Part shown: one piece after another, positions 60,149 through 64,000 of the stretch
Layout of the letters: the number at the start of each line of letters is the position of its first letter
How positions within the stretch are numbered: position 1 is the stretch's first letter
Assembly (NCBI RefSeq): GCF_028641065.1
Contig: NC_073402.1
Location: 20,956,001 to 21,020,000, forward strand
DNA: 64,000 nt
From: Leucoraja erinacea
Lineage: Eukaryota
Reading direction: 5' to 3'
Program-made: the position numbers and the translations under genes
Notes under the pieces: generated by a model
Databases searched by the model: none
What the model was told of the DNA's origin: nothing
Seen by the model: the letters and a program-made list of their open reading frames with translations, nothing else

Positions 60149-60921
60149 CAGGGGTGCCGTACTGCCGGAGTTCACCGGAGCGCACCTCTGTAAAAAGAAA
60201 ATCCCCCCCAAAAACCAGCGGGAACTTTAACTAGCAGGTGTGTGGTTGGGGTAACGTGGTTGAAAGAGTGGGATGCGGAGAGAGGGGAGAAGCAATAGGA
60301 TCCAGCTGAGTCGGACCACATGCATTGTGGAGGTTGTGGGCCTGGTGCTGAGCCTGGAACTCTGGTGAGGTGACGGCTCCGGCCCGCTGGTGGAAAGGCG
60401 ATGGGCGGCGGAGTCGCTGGTGGAGGCCCGAGGGGGAAGGGTGGGGGGGGGCTGAAGCAGAGATACGGGTTGGCGGCAGCAGCGTCCGTGGCCACGGAGA
60501 GGCGGTGAGAATCGCGGTATTTTCGGTGGTCCTGGGTTTGGCCGGGAAGGCGGTGAGGGTCGGAGAGGTGGTGGATGTTGTTGCTGCTCCTCGTGGTTGC
60601 CATCTTGGCCTCGTGGTGGTCGGGCAGGCGGTGCCGCGGCCCAGCGGTGGAGCACCGGGCCTGCGGGTGATCGAGTCGAGGAGTGTCGGTTGAGGAGTCG
60701 CTCTGGAGGCGGGCATGCTTGTGATCAGATGGGCGAGGAAGCGTTTGCAGAGATTGTGGATCTGGCGTCGAATTAAGTTGAATTGTGGTCCATTGCATGT
60801 GTGGGTGTGTGTGGGTGTGTGAGTGTGGGTGGGAGTGGGTGTGTGAGTGTGTGTGTGAGAGTGTGTGTGGGTGTGTGTGTGAATGAGTGTGTGGTGTGGG
60901 TGAGAGTGTGGGTGAGTGTGT

Positions 60922-60968
<47 letters not shown>

Positions 60969-61439
60969 TGTGTGTGTGTGAAGGCCCAGAGCTGCAGGGG
61001 AGTCAGGGCGAGTTGATGCTGGGCCGACACCTTTATAAAAATACATGATTACCATCTTTTTCTTTACTTGCTTGATAATTATATTTAATGGTAATTAGTG
61101 AGTGCAACCGTGCAATATTTTGTCATATTATTAAATTGAGTATAATATGTTTTATTGTATGGTTATGCACTGGGATGTAACCTATAACCTTGTTTGACAC
61201 TCTTGGGAGACTGGCTCCCCCCCCCAAACAAAACTTGAAATGCTGTCTCCTCCCATCCCCCAGCCTTCGAGCTCCTCCTCCTTTTTCCTTTCTTCCCCAC
61301 GCCCCCCACCCCTCCACCTCCGATCAGCCTGAAGAAGGGTTTCGGCCCGAAACGTTGCCTTTTTCCTTCGCTCCGTAGATGCTGCTGCACCCGCTGAGTT
61401 TCTCCAACTTTTTTGTGTACCTTTGAAATGACGCCCCTG
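60149..61439. mobile_element. Possible hAT-like non-autonomous element (GC-rich, contains TG microsatellite and a nested Penelope-derived insert)
   Basis: Ends CAGGGGTGCCGT and (reverse) CAGGGGCGTCAT. No convincing TSD. Nested insert 61243-61422 has TSD TTGAAATG. Confidence 0.45.
60798..60980. repeat. Compound (TG)n microsatellite
   Basis: Directly visible; explains the HT/VC-repeat ORFs. Confidence 0.95.
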
Positions 61440-61619
61440 TTTGACAGCTCCGGCGTCTTGGACAATGCAATTTTAGAATGTTTTACATGGGCCCTGTTTA
61501 TCATTATTACAGATAATTTAATTGTAAGGAATTTGGACAATAGCTATAAGATCCATATCTATGTCCATAGATGCCATGGACATTTTATTGTTGAAAGCAA
61601 TCTTGTTTTTCTAATGTTT

Positions 61620-61872
61620 AAGAAGGAACTGCAGATGCTGGAGAATCGAAGGTTACACAAAGCTGGAGAAACTCAGCGGGTGCAGCAGCATCTATGGAGC
61701 GAAGGAAATGGGCAACGTAATGGGGGGGGGGGAGCCAGTCTCCCAAGAGTGTCTAACAAGGTTATAGGTTACAACCCGTCTGAAGAAGGGTTTCGGCCCG
61801 AAACGTTGCCTATTTCCTTCGCTCCATAGATGCTGCTGCACCCGCTGAGTTTCTCCAGCTTTTTTGTGTAAC
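61620..61872. mobile_element. Fold-back Penelope-derived element with 18-bp TSD and extra spacer
   Basis: CTTGTTTTTCTAATGTTT at 61602-61619 and 61873-61890. Spacer 61722-61777 is the reverse complement of 61172-61225. Confidence 0.88.
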
Positions 61873-64000
61873 CTTGTTTTTCTAATGTTTGAGATACATA
61901 GGATGCTGTGGTGGTGGTGGAGAACAGTTTGTTATTGATCCTATTGAATAATTTTGCTTATGGAAATGTTGAAAACACCATCGGACCATTTGACATTTGA
62001 GATGACAACTTTATGTAGTTCATTATGCTGCTATAATTTTATAAATACTGTCATAAAGTATATTTTTGATAGGTTCTCTTCATACGTTCTCTCTCTGCGT
62101 TCCTGGTTCCATCTGCCTAACTTTTTTTCTCTTTCCCGCCTCTAAACTCTCTCAGCCTCCCCCATCGGGCTTTATCTGCCCATCATCCCCACCTAACTTG
62201 ACTGCATCCAACACCGACCTCTCCCTGTCTCACTCCTCCATCTCAGTTCATGACACTGACTCTCTTCCATCTCCACTGTCGGGTCTTGACCCGGAATGAT
62301 GACCGTCTCTTTGCCTCCACAGGTGCTGCTTGATCTTCTGAATTCCTCCAGCAGTGTGTGTTTTTTTTCTTAAATCTAGATTCCAGCATTCTGCTATTAC
62401 ATCTGTCTCTTCTCTGTATACCCTTGTTAACCAACTGTATTGCTCAAATGGTGCTATTTGTCATTATTATCGGCATCAGGAGAGGAAGAAAATAAACTCT
62501 GTTGTCACTTGACCTGCATTTCAGTTTACTGAAAGCACTGTTCACATTTTAGTGAAGTCCTTTTTGATAGTCCTGATGTCTTGAGTCGTACTTGTGGCCT
62601 CGAAGACTCCTATAGTTGTTGCTTACCGAAGTTTACCGACATGATATAACCCTAGAGTTCAGAAATTCTTGGTGACAATGCTTCCCATGCCCAAACTATT
62701 GGCAATAAATGCAGTGTAGACTCTTGGTAAGAGATATGACGTTACTTTAATTAGCTGCTTTAAATGTGTTGCCATTAAATCGCTTGTGCTGCAATGGTGT
62801 GCACACAATGAGAAAACGCATGAGAGAATATCAACAACTCTGGCAATAAAACAACATTAAACATTAATGCTGTGGTTGGCGTTCAGACTAAGGTCTTAGC
62901 ATTTACAAATGGTATCTTCACTTGTCCCCAAATGAAGTGTGCAACGCAATTGTAACCCTCCATCCCTTTGTATGATTAGCTGATGAACAATGGCTGTGGA
63001 TACCTGGTCAATGTCCCGCTGTACTCCACTGGCCTTGGATGTCATTTTAAGCAGAGTAACGAGGGGAAGTTAATTTTACTGTCATCCCATTGCTGAGTAA
63101 AGTTGCTGCAGCCTGCAGTTTAGGAGAAAGATTTCTACCAACGTGCACAATAACTTAACTTTGATTGCAGGGTCATGTTTCAGTGCACCCGAAACATCAC
63201 CCATTCCTTCTCTCTGTCCCCCCCTGAGTTACTCCAGCATTTTGTGTCAATCTTCCATTTAAACCAGCATCTGCAGTTCTTTCCTACACATGGTTAATTC
63301 CCAAGTCACGTTGGAAGGAGCATATTTAAATTTTTGACCCAACAGGAGCTGAAATAAAGAGATCAATCAAATAAACAATTTGAATTCTTGTACTTGGGTT
63401 CAGATCTGATATTAAATTTATCAATCAAATATCTATTATATATATCCCTGTACTATCTTGTTAAACATTTTCATGAATTACATTGACAATATATGGCTCA
63501 TTTCATAGATTTAATTGGTGAAAGATGTTAAATAATTTGCTTTACAGATTGGAATATTCCCCAGTTTGAAATATAGTCATGTGGCTTTTTAACATACATG
63601 GGGATATTTGCTCAGTGAATGGTTCTTTGCTTTTTTAACCAGTTTGGGTTCAGCGTATGGTAGGCTTTTTAAATATATGATAGCCTTTGTCCACCATAGA
63701 TATTATTGTTCAAGTGCTTGAGAGTCTCTTCAGTTGGTGTCGTCTACTACCATTCGTTGTATATCCCTGGGAAAACACAAAGTTAAAATACATGAAATGT
63801 TAATCTGACTTTACAAAGATTAAATGTTTCTTCCGATATAGTGGAGAAGAACTTTGCAAAACCTAGCACACGCACACAGACACGCACATGCAGGCACACT
63901 TCAAGCAGCATAAAGAAGTGCCTAAGATATACAAATAAGTGTGAGCTAACGATGCTATGAGAAACACGTGACTGCGGATTTGAAACACCTATTCTATTCA

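Noticed and set aside
60172-61055. Long minus-strand ORFs (208 and 274 aa)
   Set aside because: Products of GC-rich stop-poor sequence and a TG microsatellite; no recognisable domain or splice context.
1-64000. Prokaryotic systems (CRISPR array, operons, defence islands)
   Set aside because: The sequence is intron-containing vertebrate DNA. The repeats are dispersed transposons, not regularly spaced repeat-spacer units.

Overview
Eukaryotic, repeat-rich vertebrate DNA. The repeat content (HE1/V-SINE-like SINEs, CR1, Rex1/Babar, Penelope-like elements) suggests a cartilaginous fish, probably a skate or ray; this is inferred, not shown. Two spliced + strand genes can be reconstructed by hand. 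(1) LDLRAP1/ARH, coding exons 2-9 (6527-24627): all introns are GT-AG and phase-consistent, with a PTB domain, a variant clathrin box and the AP-2 beta2-binding motif; exon 1 lies upstream of the window. (2) An S100PBP-like gene with three coding exons (54549-59719) that continues beyond the window. Nearly all other listed ORFs are transposon fragments or noise. The most striking non-genic signal is a dense family of short Penelope-derived elements. They carry a minimal hammerhead-ribozyme motif (CTGAAGA-A-stemII-GAAACGTY), have 8-19 bp target-site duplications (TSDs), and often form near-perfect fold-back palindromes centred on the ribozyme; one copy holds an inverted copy of nearby DNA. Also present: several Harbinger-type MITE subfamilies sharing one terminus, a hAT-type MITE and a 30-bp minimal derivative of it with a perfect 8-bp TSD, a CORE-type SINE, a perfect 15-bp hairpin near the LDLRAP1 3' end, and two motif-dense candidate regulatory regions. 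Repeat boundaries are approximate; exon boundaries were counted base by base.
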